DNA of 64,000 nt from the IMG/VR virus record IMGVR_UViG_3300025000_001646, positions 20,487 through 84,486 of that record; one strand, given 5' to 3'. Position numbers and translations under genes: made by a program. The notes under the pieces are model-generated. The model made no database searches and was not told where the DNA came from. It saw only the letters and a list, made by a program, of their open reading frames with translations. The DNA is from a virus. Shown here piece after piece: positions 11,918-22,856 of this stretch (position 1 is its first letter; each line of letters opens with the position of its first letter).

Positions 11918-12211
11918 ATGACAAAAGATCAAGCAAAAGAAACAATAGATCAACTTGGAGGACAATCAAGGCTGAATGCTATGATTGGAACAAAAAATTT
12001 TTGTTATGGAAATGATGGAGTAGGATTTATGTTTAAAGGAAGCAAAATAGCTAATTGTTGCAAAATTAATATTAATTCAATGGATTTATATGACATAAAA
12101 TTTCTAAAAATGGGAAAAAATTTGAAAAAAATCAAAGAAATAAAAGATGTCTATAGCAATCAATTAATCAATATTTTCCAACAAGAAACTGGTCTAGCAC
12201 TTCATTTATAA
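11918..12211 (+). CDS. Hypothetical phage protein
   Basis: QLGGQSRLNAMIG...DLYDIKF...ETGL; TAACCTT leader. Confidence 0.6.
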   Translation: MTKDQAKETIDQLGGQSRLNAMIGTKNFCYGNDGVGFMFKGSKIANCCKININSMDLYDIKFLKMGKNLKKIKEIKDVYSNQLINIFQQETGLALHL

Positions 12212-12760
12212 TCTAACATTACTTATTTTATGGAAATCAAACAAAATTTAAAAGAATATTTAATAAAACTTAGAGAAGAAAGAAACAAAATAATGGACAG
12301 AAACAAATTCAATACTTATTCAAGATGGACTCAAGACGACAGAGAACAATTTAAAACATTTAAAAATGGAATAGAAGTTTTAAAAGAAATTATTTAAACT
12401 TATTATTTTATGTCAATGATTAAAAATTTTCAATCACACGAAGAGGAAATGATTGAAAGATTAGAGGAAGACACTTATGAGCAAGACAGTTTAGATAAAG
12501 ATCAACAACGAGAAGATGACATTAACGCTTATTTTGAAAATACATTAGACGAACACTGGGAATAATTTAATTCTTAACTTACTTATTTTATGAAAAAAAT
12601 TACCAAAAAAATGAAAATAATTGCATTAAAAAAGATTTATGGTTATGACAATGTAACAGCACAAAAGGCACTTACAAGATTAACTATAAGAGATGAAAAA
12701 GAGATTAAAGACTTTTATAAAACTAAAGAATAATTTTTGAGTTTAGTAAACTGAAAAGAT

Positions 12761-12789
12761 TTTACTTTTTTAAAAAAAAGGAATATAAT
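12761..12789 (+). promoter_or_regulatory. Promoter of replication operon
   Basis: TTTACT-17bp-TATAAT. Confidence 0.6.
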
Positions 12790-12903
12790 AAGTAGTGGAA
12801 TAAGTTTACCTCAGTTATTGATAATATCGATATAATACTGCCCGAGAACTTATTCCAAAACTGAGCTCGGGCAGTTTTGTATTGTAACTTTAATTTTATT
12901 ATT

Positions 12904-13791
12904 ATGAGACAAATAAGAAAACAGCCATTTTGTTGGCAGGAAAAAAAAATAAATAGATTAATAAGAGAAAAATTTAAAGAAAGAGATAGAGTAAAAATGC
13001 TATTACTTTATTCTACAATTACAGAAATTGATAGTGATTTTAATGGAAAAGACATAAAATATTATACTAAAACTATTTCTACATATAGCGGATTAAATAA
13101 AGGATTTATTCCTACTGGTCTAAAATACTTAGAAGAAATGAATATAATAAAAATTATAGAAGATAGAAATAATGGTAAATTTAAAGGAAAAAGATTAATT
13201 TTTACTCCAGAAAAAATAAAAGAAACGAACGAAAACACCATTACTGATTTTGATGCTAACGGTGAAAACATTAATGGAAAAGAATACACATCAGAAGATA
13301 GTCTTATAAAAGAAGATAGTCTTATAGAAGAAAATAATAATAATATTAATAATAAAAATTTTCAAAAAAAAGAAATTATCGATTTTACCAAACAGGAAAA
13401 TCAAGAACAAAAAGAAATTCCTAAAGAATATCAAGAAGCTCATAATCTTATTGAGTCTTATAAAATCGAAGACTGTCTTAATTATGAATTAGTTACTAAA
13501 AAAGGATTTAGTTCTATGGAATTAATGGGTTATGTAGAAAGAATGTGTCTTTGGTTGACTGAAAGCGATAAAGCAAAAAGAAGACCTAAAAGAATAACAA
13601 GTTTATTATTGAATACTTTTAGCAAAGACCGTGTTGACTGGAGTTTATTAACACTAGAAGAGAAATATTTAAAGAGTGGAAACTTATTGAGAAAAGAACT
13701 TAGGAAAACACATACATCAAGCGAAACTTGTGATATTCTCGACCAACTTTGGAGAAAAACTGACGTACACCCAGATGATGGTTCAAGATAA
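12904..13791 (+). CDS. Putative replication initiator
   Basis: N-terminal wHTH-like segment, Asn-rich linker with tandem AGAAGATAGTCTTATA repeats, directly upstream of helicase; ATG at 12904 has the leader motif. Confidence 0.6.
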   Translation: MRQIRKQPFCWQEKKINRLIREKFKERDRVKMLLLYSTITEIDSDFNGKDIKYYTKTISTYSGLNKGFIPTGLKYLEEMNIIKIIEDRNNGKFKGKRLIFTPEKIKETNENTITDFDANGENINGKEYTSEDSLIKEDSLIEENNNNINNKNFQKKEIIDFTKQENQEQKEIPKEYQEAHNLIESYKIEDCLNYELVTKKGFSSMELMGYVERMCLWLTESDKAKRRPKRITSLLLNTFSKDRVDWSLLTLEEKYLKSGNLLRKELRKTHTSSETCDILDQLWRKTDVHPDDGSR

Positions 13792-13808
13792 TTTAACCTT
13801 TTATTCTT

Positions 13809-14966
13809 ATGGAATATGAAGAAGCTCTAATTTCTTCTTTGCTTATAGACCCAGAAAGTGTTAAACAGATTGACGGATTCAAATCTGAATACATACAAAA
13901 TTACAATTTTAAAAAAATTTTTGTAGCCTTTGTAAAAGTTCTAAAACAAGGAAAAATACCAGATTTAATTCTTATGAAAGAATATCTAGATGAAGATACT
14001 CAAATGTTGGCTTGTGAATTAATGGCAAATGATGTAATACCATTTAATATTAGGGAATATGCAGAGAAAATTATTGAAGAATACAAGATAAAAATATTAG
14101 AACTTCTGGGAAAAGATTTAACAAATGGTCTTGATGTTGTAAACAAGATTAATGAAGTAAAAGAAATAAGTTTGAAACAAAAACATAAAGAAAAAGAACT
14201 TAAAAATAATTATATTTGGAATACAGAAGGACTTAATTTGAAATTTCCAATCATTAAGAGAAACAAGGCAACTATGATTTATGGAGATAGTTACAGTGGT
14301 AAGACGACATTTTGTTTTGATATGGCAGTTAAAAATGGAAATATTGGGCATAAAATTTTATTTGTAAGTCTTGAAATGGAAACTAGTGACATTTATTTTG
14401 ATATAGCAAGGCGTTATTCTGGAATTACGATTGAGGAAGAAAGAGACAAAAAAATCCCAGAGAGTAAGCAATTTGCTTTTAATAATAAAATTAAATATTT
14501 AAAAGAGCAAACCAATTTATTCATCGAGGGAGCAATAATAGGCAACGATTTAACCTTTAGTCAGATTGAAAAAATAATAGACAAGTATAATGACATTGAT
14601 TTAATATTCATTGATAACTTTGACTTAATCAGAAGTGAAAGAAACGAAACCGAAATGGACAGAAATGCCAATGTAAGTAAACGAATAGTAAACTTTACCA
14701 GAACGAGAAAAATACCAATAATAGTAATTCATCATACAAATAAGAAAGATAATAAAGGAAACAACTCAATGCGTGGTAGCCAGAAAATAATGGATAACTT
14801 TGATAATGTGATTAAACTAAACAGAGACGAAATAGACACAAACCTTTTTGTTGAAAAAGCTAGAGGGTATGACAAGACACAACATAGAGTAAAATTTTGG
14901 AAAGGAACTTTTCTTGATGAAGATGAGGATGATGACGAAATAACAATAGATCAACTTCCTTTTTAG
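13809..14966 (+). CDS. DnaB-like replicative helicase
   Basis: EEALISSLLIDP N-domain, Walker A GDSYSGKT, FVSLEM, LIFIDNF, MRGSQKI. Confidence 0.85.
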   Translation: MEYEEALISSLLIDPESVKQIDGFKSEYIQNYNFKKIFVAFVKVLKQGKIPDLILMKEYLDEDTQMLACELMANDVIPFNIREYAEKIIEEYKIKILELLGKDLTNGLDVVNKINEVKEISLKQKHKEKELKNNYIWNTEGLNLKFPIIKRNKATMIYGDSYSGKTTFCFDMAVKNGNIGHKILFVSLEMETSDIYFDIARRYSGITIEEERDKKIPESKQFAFNNKIKYLKEQTNLFIEGAIIGNDLTFSQIEKIIDKYNDIDLIFIDNFDLIRSERNETEMDRNANVSKRIVNFTRTRKIPIIVIHHTNKKDNKGNNSMRGSQKIMDNFDNVIKLNRDEIDTNLFVEKARGYDKTQHRVKFWKGTFLDEDEDDDEITIDQLPF

Positions 14967-15054
14967 TGATATTTATTAAAATTTGATGTTATTTTGGACT
15001 TTTATTTAAAAAATAATATATTACACTATTTTAAAAAATAATCTCTTAAAAACG

Positions 15055-15297
15055 ATGCTAACGATTAAAAATAAAAAACTTATTTATGAAATAGATTTTG
15101 AACCAGAAAATTTTTATTTAGTTAATGAAAATGGAGTATTTGGAGACTACGAATCTGGAGTTTGGAGCTTGAATCATAAAATTGACAGAAGCTACAAAGG
15201 AAAAACACCAGATGTCGGCTGTCCTATTTTTTATTTAGACTTTGAAGAATTTAATCAACTATTTAATTTAAAAGGACTAGAAATAGTCTGGATTTAA
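15055..15297 (+). CDS. Hypothetical protein
   Basis: 80 aa ORF. Confidence 0.45.
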   Translation: MLTIKNKKLIYEIDFEPENFYLVNENGVFGDYESGVWSLNHKIDRSYKGKTPDVGCPIFYLDFEEFNQLFNLKGLEIVWI

Positions 15298-15507
15298 CCT
15301 TTATTTATTTTATGGAAAAAATTATTATACCAAAAGAAACAACTACAATTAAAGAATTAAAAATAGACAGAAACTGTAAATATGAAATAACAATAGAATT
15401 TTATGACGATGAAACATTTAATCAATTATTAAAACTTCATCAAAAAAGCAATGGAAGATTAGGAGAATTTCAAGGAGAAATTATTATTAAATAACATTAT
15501 TTATTTT

Positions 15508-15741
15508 ATGAGCGGTGGATACTTTGAATATAAACAAGATTATTTAACAGAATTAGCAGAAGAATTATTGCCAGAAGAAAGAATATATGAATTTGGAAAA
15601 TATAATTTAAAAAGACTTAGTAAATTATTATTAGAATTAGAACAAATTATACACGATATTGATTGGCACTTGTGTAGTGATGAAGAAATAGAAAATCCAG
15701 AAATGTGGTTAAGAGACAAACTTAATAACCTTAAAATATAA
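15508..15741 (+). CDS. Hypothetical phage protein
   Basis: MSGGYFEY...HDIDWHLCSD. Confidence 0.6.
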   Translation: MSGGYFEYKQDYLTELAEELLPEERIYEFGKYNLKRLSKLLLELEQIIHDIDWHLCSDEEIENPEMWLRDKLNNLKI

Positions 15742-16976
15742 TGAATATATTTATAACTTCTGATACACATTTTAGTCACACTAAAATAATTGAACTAGGA
15801 AGACCACCAGACTATGAAGAAAAAATTAAAAAAGAATTAATTAAAAGAGTTAAGCCAGATGATATTCTTATTCATTTGGGAGATATCTGTATTGGTAATG
15901 ACTTAGAAAATAACAATTGGTTTAAAAAGAATTTAAAATGTAGAACTTTTTTGGCACGGGGAAATCACGATAGACAGAGCTTAGAATGGTATTTATTAAA
16001 TGGTTGGGATTCTGTTTCAGATAGACTAGACTTGAAATTTTACGGGAAGACTTTTTGTTTTACCCATGAACCTATTCCCTGGGATGGAAAATATGATCTG
16101 AATATTCATGGTCACTTACACGATAATGGACATAGAGAGGAAGAATACCAGTTACATTCTCGAAACAAACTAATTTCTTTGGAGGAACTAAAATATAAAC
16201 CTAAAAAATTTAACATTAATCTTACTAAAAAAGATATGCAATTCAGACTACGAAGAGTTTGGAATAAAGTAAAAGAGCTTGGATACAATCCATATTACAT
16301 AGGACTATATGGTAGCCAAAATTATGGACTAGATACTGAAACTTCTGATTTTGATTTTAAAGCTATTATTTTACCAACGTTAGATGATTTAGTTTGTAAG
16401 ACAAAACCAGTTTCTACTGTAGTGGATTTTGAAGGAGGAGAAATCGACATCAAAGATATTAGAACTTACATAGAAAGTGCCATAAAAGTAAATGTAAATT
16501 TTATAGAAATATTAAGTACAGAATTTTATTTGGGAGATAAAGATATAAAGAAATTTTTTACTCCATTATTAGATGAACTTGGCACACAATACACTAGGTC
16601 GTTATTAGGAATGGCAAAAATGAAATACATAGCTCTCAAGCACGAATACCCTAGCAAGGAATACGAAATAAAAACCTATGGTTATGACCCAAAACAACTA
16701 CATCACATTAAAAGACTTAGAATATTAGCTGAAAGATATTTGAAAGGAAACTATAGTTTCAAGCATACTGGAAAAGAAAGACTTGATTTATTGAAACTAA
16801 AGTCTGGAATTTATACTCTTGAAGAAGCAGAAAAAATTGCTAATAAAGAAATAAAAAAATTAGAAAAAATAGTGGATAATTATAAAAAAGAAGATATTTA
16901 CGAGACTAAAGAAAAAATGGTAAAATTTAGCCAAGAAATAATTAAAAATTGTATAAAATTTAACATTTTAATATAA
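15741..16976 (+). CDS. Metallophosphoesterase fused to Pol-beta-superfamily nucleotidyltransferase
   Basis: SDTHFSH, HLGD, GNHD, HGHLH; then GSQNYGLDTETSDFD and GYDPKQLHH. Confidence 0.8.
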   Translation: MNIFITSDTHFSHTKIIELGRPPDYEEKIKKELIKRVKPDDILIHLGDICIGNDLENNNWFKKNLKCRTFLARGNHDRQSLEWYLLNGWDSVSDRLDLKFYGKTFCFTHEPIPWDGKYDLNIHGHLHDNGHREEEYQLHSRNKLISLEELKYKPKKFNINLTKKDMQFRLRRVWNKVKELGYNPYYIGLYGSQNYGLDTETSDFDFKAIILPTLDDLVCKTKPVSTVVDFEGGEIDIKDIRTYIESAIKVNVNFIEILSTEFYLGDKDIKKFFTPLLDELGTQYTRSLLGMAKMKYIALKHEYPSKEYEIKTYGYDPKQLHHIKRLRILAERYLKGNYSFKHTGKERLDLLKLKSGIYTLEEAEKIANKEIKKLEKIVDNYKKEDIYETKEKMVKFSQEIIKNCIKFNILI

Positions 16977-17549
16977 TATGAAAGAATCAAAAATAAACGA
17001 ATTATACGCAGAAAATAAAATATTGAAAAAAGAATTAAAAAATAGAATAAAAAGAACAGAAACAGCAATATTATTGGCTTTTAATTTAGTTGATTACCCA
17101 GAGGAAAAAGCTATTGAAGAAATGAAAACTATAATGATTTCATGTAATTTATATTAACTTTACTTTATTATGGAAAAAACAATTAAAGAAATGATTAATT
17201 ACATAATAGAAAATGGAAATAAGGAGCAAATAAAAAGAATGATTGAAATAGCTAAAGAAATTAACAAAGATTTTACTAAAGAGGAAATAAAAGAATTTTC
17301 TAAAAAATCTAAAATTTAACTTTACTATTTTATGGGTCATCATCTAAAACAAAATCACAAGACTTATTATGAGTACTTAGAAGAAGTAAGAAAAAAAGAC
17401 AAAGATTATATTGGTTATGATAGAAGATATTTAACTGGAAAATTTAATTTTTGGGAAGACATTAAGAGAGGTTTTGGAGAAAAATTTGGTTTTAAGAGAC
17501 GTATTATTAATGAAAAAGTGTAAAAAAAACGTAAAAAGTGAAAAAAAAC

Positions 17550-17578
17550 TTGATTTTTATAAAAAAAAAGATTATAAT
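17550..17578 (+). promoter_or_regulatory. Early promoter (family A)
   Basis: TTGATT-17bp-TATAAT. Confidence 0.8.
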
Positions 17579-17633
17579 ATTAATATACAATGATCTTTTA
17601 AATAACAAATCAATATTTTATGAAAAGCATGGT

Positions 17634-17729
17634 GTCGTGAGTTTTCTCTTATGTGGTCAGTAATATATTCCTTTAAAGGCAATTTCAGGACAATATATGA
17701 AGAACGTACGAGAGAAAAGCGGAGGCGAC
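17634..17729 (+). ncRNA. Candidate rod-like structured RNA
   Basis: Nested helices GTCGT/GCGAC, TTTTCTCT/AGAGAAAA, TATGT/ACGTA, ATATATT/AATATAT, CCT/AGG in a GC-elevated intergenic region after a promoter. Confidence 0.45.
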
Positions 17730-17936
17730 TTAAATCAACCGCAAAAAACTAGCCTATTTTAAAATTAACATTATTTTAGATATGCCAGATATATTAAAAG
17801 ACCTTGAAAAACAATTAGAAAAAGCTCTAGAAGATAGAGCAGATGGTGAAGTTATAAAAGCATTAATTAGAATAATAGAAATTATTAAAAATAAAAACAA
17901 AAATACAAATAATTAGAAATATAATTTTAAAAAAAT

Positions 17937-18221
17937 ATGTATGGAATTGCGAAATTCGCCGATAAAACAAAATTTTCTCGGCACATTATAAAGAAATTAA
18001 TTGAGGTAGGATTCTTAACACCAGTAAATCTTGGAGACAAGAATTGCAAATATATGTTCAATGAAAGTGATATAATTAAATGTAATAATTTAGTAACAAT
18101 AGATTATATTAAAGAAAAAACTAATATGAGTTATGATATTATTTTGACTAAATTTAAAGATAAAAAAATAATAAAAGGAAAATTGCTTTTTAACAAAGAA
18201 CAAATAGATAAATTTTTATGA
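17937..18221 (+). CDS. Excisionase/MerR-like HTH DNA-binding protein
   Basis: MYGIAKFA...IIKKLIEVGFLTP...YMFNESDI. Confidence 0.5.
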   Translation: MYGIAKFADKTKFSRHIIKKLIEVGFLTPVNLGDKNCKYMFNESDIIKCNNLVTIDYIKEKTNMSYDIILTKFKDKKIIKGKLLFNKEQIDKFL

Positions 18222-18237
18222 TTAATTTCACAAAGCA

Positions 18238-18636
18238 ATGAACCAAATTAAATTACCAGAGACTAGGGTGTTAAGATTTACCGAGACTAAGATTGGTCTC
18301 AATATTACTTTAGAATTGCAAGAAATAGACCTAACATCAGAAACTAGAGAAACTTTCAGAAATTGGTATAAAGATGGAACTAGTTTGACTGGAATATTAG
18401 GAAGCGTTGATGCTCTACCTAGACAGCAAGAAATGAAAAAATCTCAAAGACTGCATAGAATAATAGCAGTAGCAAGCAAATATATGGGAAAAACACCAGA
18501 AGAAATAGAAAAAGTAATAAAAGAAAAAAACAACATAAGTCATTTTGACGACCTTACGGAAGACAAACTTGATGAATTAATAACTGGATATAAAACTTAT
18601 ATACCAGACGACAGATATAATTCTTATTTATATTAA
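18238..18636 (+). CDS. Hypothetical protein
   Basis: 132 aa ORF. Confidence 0.55.
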   Translation: MNQIKLPETRVLRFTETKIGLNITLELQEIDLTSETRETFRNWYKDGTSLTGILGSVDALPRQQEMKKSQRLHRIIAVASKYMGKTPEEIEKVIKEKNNISHFDDLTEDKLDELITGYKTYIPDDRYNSYLY

Positions 18637-18648
18637 CCTTACAATTTT

Positions 18649-18864
18649 ATGGAATTAGGAATAATTGTTTGGGCTTTACTTGTCATTTGGACAGTATATT
18701 TAGCCAACAAAAATGGAAGAAATCAAATAATCGCATTAATAGCTGGAATATTTTTAGGACTATTAGCAGTTATAATTTATGCAATAATGGGAAAAACTCA
18801 AGAATTAAAAGATGAAGATTTTATTAAAAAAATGGAAGCATATAAAAATATTGAAAAAAAATAA
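18649..18864 (+). CDS. Small two-TM membrane protein
   Basis: Two hydrophobic segments around ANKNGRN. Confidence 0.6.
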   Translation: MELGIIVWALLVIWTVYLANKNGRNQIIALIAGIFLGLLAVIIYAIMGKTQELKDEDFIKKMEAYKNIEKK

Positions 18865-19142
18865 TGGGAAGAAATACAGTTAGATATATTGACAAAAAAA
18901 CCGCAGAAGAAGTATTGGAAAGAGATAGATATTGTTGTGCTTTATGTAGAAGCAACTTCAAATTGGAAATCCATCATATACATTATGGCATAAATGCTGA
19001 ATATGTCAAGGAAAGAAATAATTCTGATAGACTAATAACATTATGCGGTAATTGTCATTATTCAATACATAACACTAAAGGAGGTCAAGGGATAAGAGAG
19101 GCTTGTATTAAGTATATAAACGAAATTTATGATATAATATAA
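18864..19142 (+). CDS. HNH endonuclease
   Basis: RDRYCCALC, LEIHHI, LITLCGNCHYSIH. Confidence 0.85.
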   Translation: MGRNTVRYIDKKTAEEVLERDRYCCALCRSNFKLEIHHIHYGINAEYVKERNNSDRLITLCGNCHYSIHNTKGGQGIREACIKYINEIYDII

Positions 19143-19189
19143 CTTATAAGATAAAAACAAAAATAGTTTATCACTAATATTATTGATTT

Positions 19190-19594
19190 ATGATTTTTGA
19201 ATTACTTGTTAGCCTGATAATTAGTAGACCAATAGAAATAGATTTTAAACATTACTTAGAACCTCACAAACAAGTGCAAGTAAAACAAACATTTGGTGAA
19301 TGTGTAGCCTTTGTTAAGAAAAAACTTGGTATAAAAGAACATCTCGGTGTTCAATACGCTAAGCAAATAGTAAATTTACCACAGTTTAAAAAAATAACAG
19401 ACCCTAGGGGAGGAGACATCGTAGTCGCCCCTAAAATATCAAAGACTGGACATGTTTCTTACATCTTATACAACGAAAATGGTCGTTTAAGAATACAAGA
19501 TTCTAATCTATTCGGAGATAAAGTTGTGAGGGAATACTGGCTAGATTCTTATTTCAAGAGTAGTCAGGTAGTTTTCTTGCGTTATAATATTTAA
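19190..19594 (+). CDS. CHAP-domain protein
   Basis: GECVAFVK, PRGGDIVV, TGHVSYI, IQDSN. Confidence 0.7.
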   Translation: MIFELLVSLIISRPIEIDFKHYLEPHKQVQVKQTFGECVAFVKKKLGIKEHLGVQYAKQIVNLPQFKKITDPRGGDIVVAPKISKTGHVSYILYNENGRLRIQDSNLFGDKVVREYWLDSYFKSSQVVFLRYNI

Positions 19595-19749
19595 CCTTAA
19601 TTTTTATGTCATACATAACACCTCCACCTTTGATGGTGGAAAAGAAGAAAGAGAAGTTAAAAGATAAGATTATTACTCATCTAGGATACTTTTTTCTTTT
19701 CTTGCTAACTTTTTGTTTTATAGTAGATTTTTTTAACCTTAAATAAATT

Positions 19750-20157
19750 ATGAGAGAAATAAAGTTTAGAGGAATGAATTATGAGACAAATGAATGGGTA
19801 TATGGTGGTTATTATAAAGGAACTAGAGTAAACGAGGAAAATGTTAATATAACCACAAAATTATCTGATTGTTATGTAGCAGAAAATATAATATTTGATG
19901 GATTAATATATTATATACAAAATGGAGAAACAATAGGTCAATATACAGGATTTAAAGACAAGAATGGAGTAGAAATTTACGAAGGCGATATTATAAAAAT
20001 GAATTCAAAAGGAATAAATTTTATAGGATATATAGAATATAATAACGGAAGATATATTGTTAGAAGAAGATCAATGCTGGATGGTTTTTATGATTTACAT
20101 ATTCAAAATTTAGAATTAATAGGTAATATATACGAATATAAAGAACTTATTAATTAA
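19750..20157 (+). CDS. YopX family protein
   Basis: MREIKFRG, GQYTGFKDKNGVEIYEGDII, IGNIYE. Confidence 0.9.
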   Translation: MREIKFRGMNYETNEWVYGGYYKGTRVNEENVNITTKLSDCYVAENIIFDGLIYYIQNGETIGQYTGFKDKNGVEIYEGDIIKMNSKGINFIGYIEYNNGRYIVRRRSMLDGFYDLHIQNLELIGNIYEYKELIN

Positions 20158-20996
20158 CATTTATAATATATGGACACTAATATAGGAGACTGCGAAATAT
20201 GCAGAAAAGAGCCAGAACTTAGCGAATATATATATAAAAAATGTTTTTTTGAAACAGATAATCCTAGAAAAGCACAGGAACATTTTAGTCAAACAGGACA
20301 TAATGTTAAACACTTTATTAAAGTAGTAAAAACCTGGAAAAAAGATATTTTATTTCATAAATATATTTGCCAATGAATTTATATCAAAAACTAGACTATT
20401 CACAACCAATACAAAGCGTAGAGATAAAATCATCTCATTCTTGTATATTTCCAGTATGGAGACTGATAGTCAATAAACAAGAACTTGATTTTTGGGACAG
20501 AAAAACAGAGCATAGAGATGGACTTACTAAAGAAGAATTGAAAGAAAAACTTATTAATTTATATCCTAAACTTTCAAAACATTTATGCCACCAGATATCT
20601 TAATTGATGATACGACTATTGATAAAATAAATATAAAACAAGATACCGATTATACCACTACAGGAGGAATTTTAATACAATAAAATCCTATAATAGATAT
20701 TTTTGCGGATACATTTTGTGATAATGATATTGCGGAAATAAGTAAGCAAAAAGCAGAAAAATTAAGAAATTTAATATATCCTATAATTTAATATAACTAT
20801 GTATTATATTTCAGAAACAGCACCAATAGGAAGCTATGTTTGTATTAGAGAAGACGGAGGAGAACTTATTTGGTGGCAAATAAGAGATAAACAAGGAGAA
20901 AGCTTTCTTATTAAATACCAAGATTTTACTAGAGTAATACCAATCGGTAGCGAAATAGTATCTTGGAGAAAACATAAAATTTAACCTTACCTAACA

Positions 20997-21287
20997 ATGA
21001 ATAAAGAAGAATTGGAAGATATTGTAATGTTGAGAATTATTGAAGATGCAGAATTTTTTAATAGCAAGATTATAATATCTGCAGAAAAGTTAAGAAATTA
21101 TTTTAAAGAATATATTGATATAATAATTAAAAATGTAATAATTGACTTGGATTGTGATTATAAACAATTAAAAGATTTTGATAAATATAAAAGTAATGAA
21201 TATTTAAATGGATTTACGGATGGAGAATGTTGTTATGATAAAAAACTCAAACAAAAAGCTAAAGAACTTTATAATATAACATTATAA
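20997..21287 (+). CDS. Hypothetical protein (paralog of 21492-21737)
   Basis: Shared C-terminus [12 protein letters not shown] and shared start context. Confidence 0.6.
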   Translation: MNKEELEDIVMLRIIEDAEFFNSKIIISAEKLRNYFKEYIDIIIKNVIIDLDCDYKQLKDFDKYKSNEYLNGFTDGECCYDKKLKQKAKELYNITL

Positions 21288-21491
21288 AACATTATGGGAG
21301 ATGATACTTATATTGAAGTACCAATCAAATGGCTCGAACGATTATCAGAATATTCTAAAAAAGCTAATAAAGAATTTGAAGAAGAAGATATAATATTTCA
21401 AGTTGGAGTAGTACAATTGATAGGATATTCTAGTTCAGTTGATAGCATTATAAAATATGAAAAACATATTACTAAATAACCTTATCTAACA

Positions 21492-21737
21492 ATGGATAAA
21501 AAAGAAATGATAAAAATGATTAGTGAATACTTTGACGAATGTAATTTATCAGCACATAAAGAAATTGAAAAATTTATTTTTGAAACTATAATCCCAGAAG
21601 TATTAAATAGTGTGATGCCAGAAATAGAAGAACATATTTGTAGATTCAATGATGGTGAATGTAAGTGTGAATGCTTCGTTAAGTTTGAAGAATGTATCAA
21701 ACAAAAATCTAAAGAACTTTATAATATAACCTTATAA
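21492..21737 (+). CDS. Hypothetical protein (paralog of 20997-21287)
   Basis: C-terminus [12 protein letters not shown]. Confidence 0.6.
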   Translation: MDKKEMIKMISEYFDECNLSAHKEIEKFIFETIIPEVLNSVMPEIEEHICRFNDGECKCECFVKFEECIKQKSKELYNITL

Positions 21738-21741
21738 ACTT

Positions 21742-22842
21742 ATGATTACACTTTGTGATTTAAACAAATCACTGATTAAAAAAGCTAAAAAACTGAAAGG
21801 AGAAATAGAATTTAAAGCAGTATGTGGAGATATATTTGAATATCAAAAAAAGAATGGTGGACTGATAGCAACTGCCTCTAATCCTAGTTTCAATATGGGA
21901 GGAGGATTAGATGGAAAGATCGCAAAAAGATTTCCAGAAGAAGTAAAACAAGCTAAAGAGTTTATGTATACTGATAATTTATTCTTTACTGTTACGGTTG
22001 ACAATGAATTAAAATCTTCAAGAGAAATAATAAAAAGAGCATTAGCAGGATGTTATGCTTATAGAAGCATAAACATTATTATTAGTGGATTCGGTACAGG
22101 TATAGGAGGATTAGATGAAGATATTTTTATAGAAGAATTAGAATGTATTATTAATGCTGACTTGAGACATGCTAACTTGGGAGGTGCTGACTTGGGAGGT
22201 GCTAACTTGGGATATGCTGACTTGGGAGGTGCTAACTTGAGAGGTGCTAACTTGGGAGGTGCTAACTTGAGAGGTGCTAACTTGAGAGGTGCTAACTTGG
22301 GAGGTGCTAACTTGAGAGGTGCTGACTTGAGAGGTGCTGACTTGGTAGGTGCTAACTTGGGAGGTGCTAACTTGAGAGGTGCTGACTTGAGACATGCTAA
22401 CTTGGGAGGTGCTGACTTGAGAGGTGCTGACTTGGGAGGTGCTAACTTGGGAGGTGCTAACTTGAGAGGTGCTGACTTGAGAGGTGCTGAAACAGATAAC
22501 GTTATAGTTGACGAAAGAACTTGTTTCTTTTCATTACAATGTCCAGAAGAAGGTAGTTTTATAGGTTGGAAAAAGTGTAGAGATGGTAAAATAGTAAAAC
22601 TACTAATCACAGAAAAAGCTAAAAGAAGTAGTGCTACTACTAGAAAATGTAGAGCATCTGAGGTTGTAGTTTTAGAAATAGATGGTAAAAAGACAGGAAT
22701 AGCAGTATCTCTTCAAGATGAGAAGTTTATTTATAAAGTAGGAAAAACTATTAAAATAAAAGACTTTGACGAAGATAGATGGAATGAGTGTTCGTCAGGT
22801 ATACACTTCTTTATCACCAAAAAAGAATCTATTAATTATTAA
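21742..22842 (+). CDS. Macro domain + pentapeptide repeat + DUF5758-like fusion protein
   Basis: [27 protein letters not shown]; A(D/N)LxG repeats; [12 protein letters not shown]...RKCRAS...ECSSGIHFF. Confidence 0.8.
   Translation: MITLCDLNKSLIKKAKKLKGEIEFKAVCGDIFEYQKKNGGLIATASNPSFNMGGGLDGKIAKRFPEEVKQAKEFMYTDNLFFTVTVDNELKSSREIIKRALAGCYAYRSINIIISGFGTGIGGLDEDIFIEELECIINADLRHANLGGADLGGANLGYADLGGANLRGANLGGANLRGANLRGANLGGANLRGADLRGADLVGANLGGANLRGADLRHANLGGADLRGADLGGANLGGANLRGADLRGAETDNVIVDERTCFFSLQCPEEGSFIGWKKCRDGKIVKLLITEKAKRSSATTRKCRASEVVVLEIDGKKTGIAVSLQDEKFIYKVGKTIKIKDFDEDRWNECSSGIHFFITKKESINY
22156..22488 (+). repeat. 15-bp tandem repeats encoding pentapeptide repeats
   Basis: GCT(G/A)ACTTG(A/G)GAGGT units. 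Confidence 0.95.
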
Positions 22843-22856
22843 CCTTATAAAACATT

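Noticed and set aside
22059-22610. Minus-strand repetitive ORFs (KLAPP / SQVST)
   Set aside because: Antisense shadows of the pentapeptide repeat.
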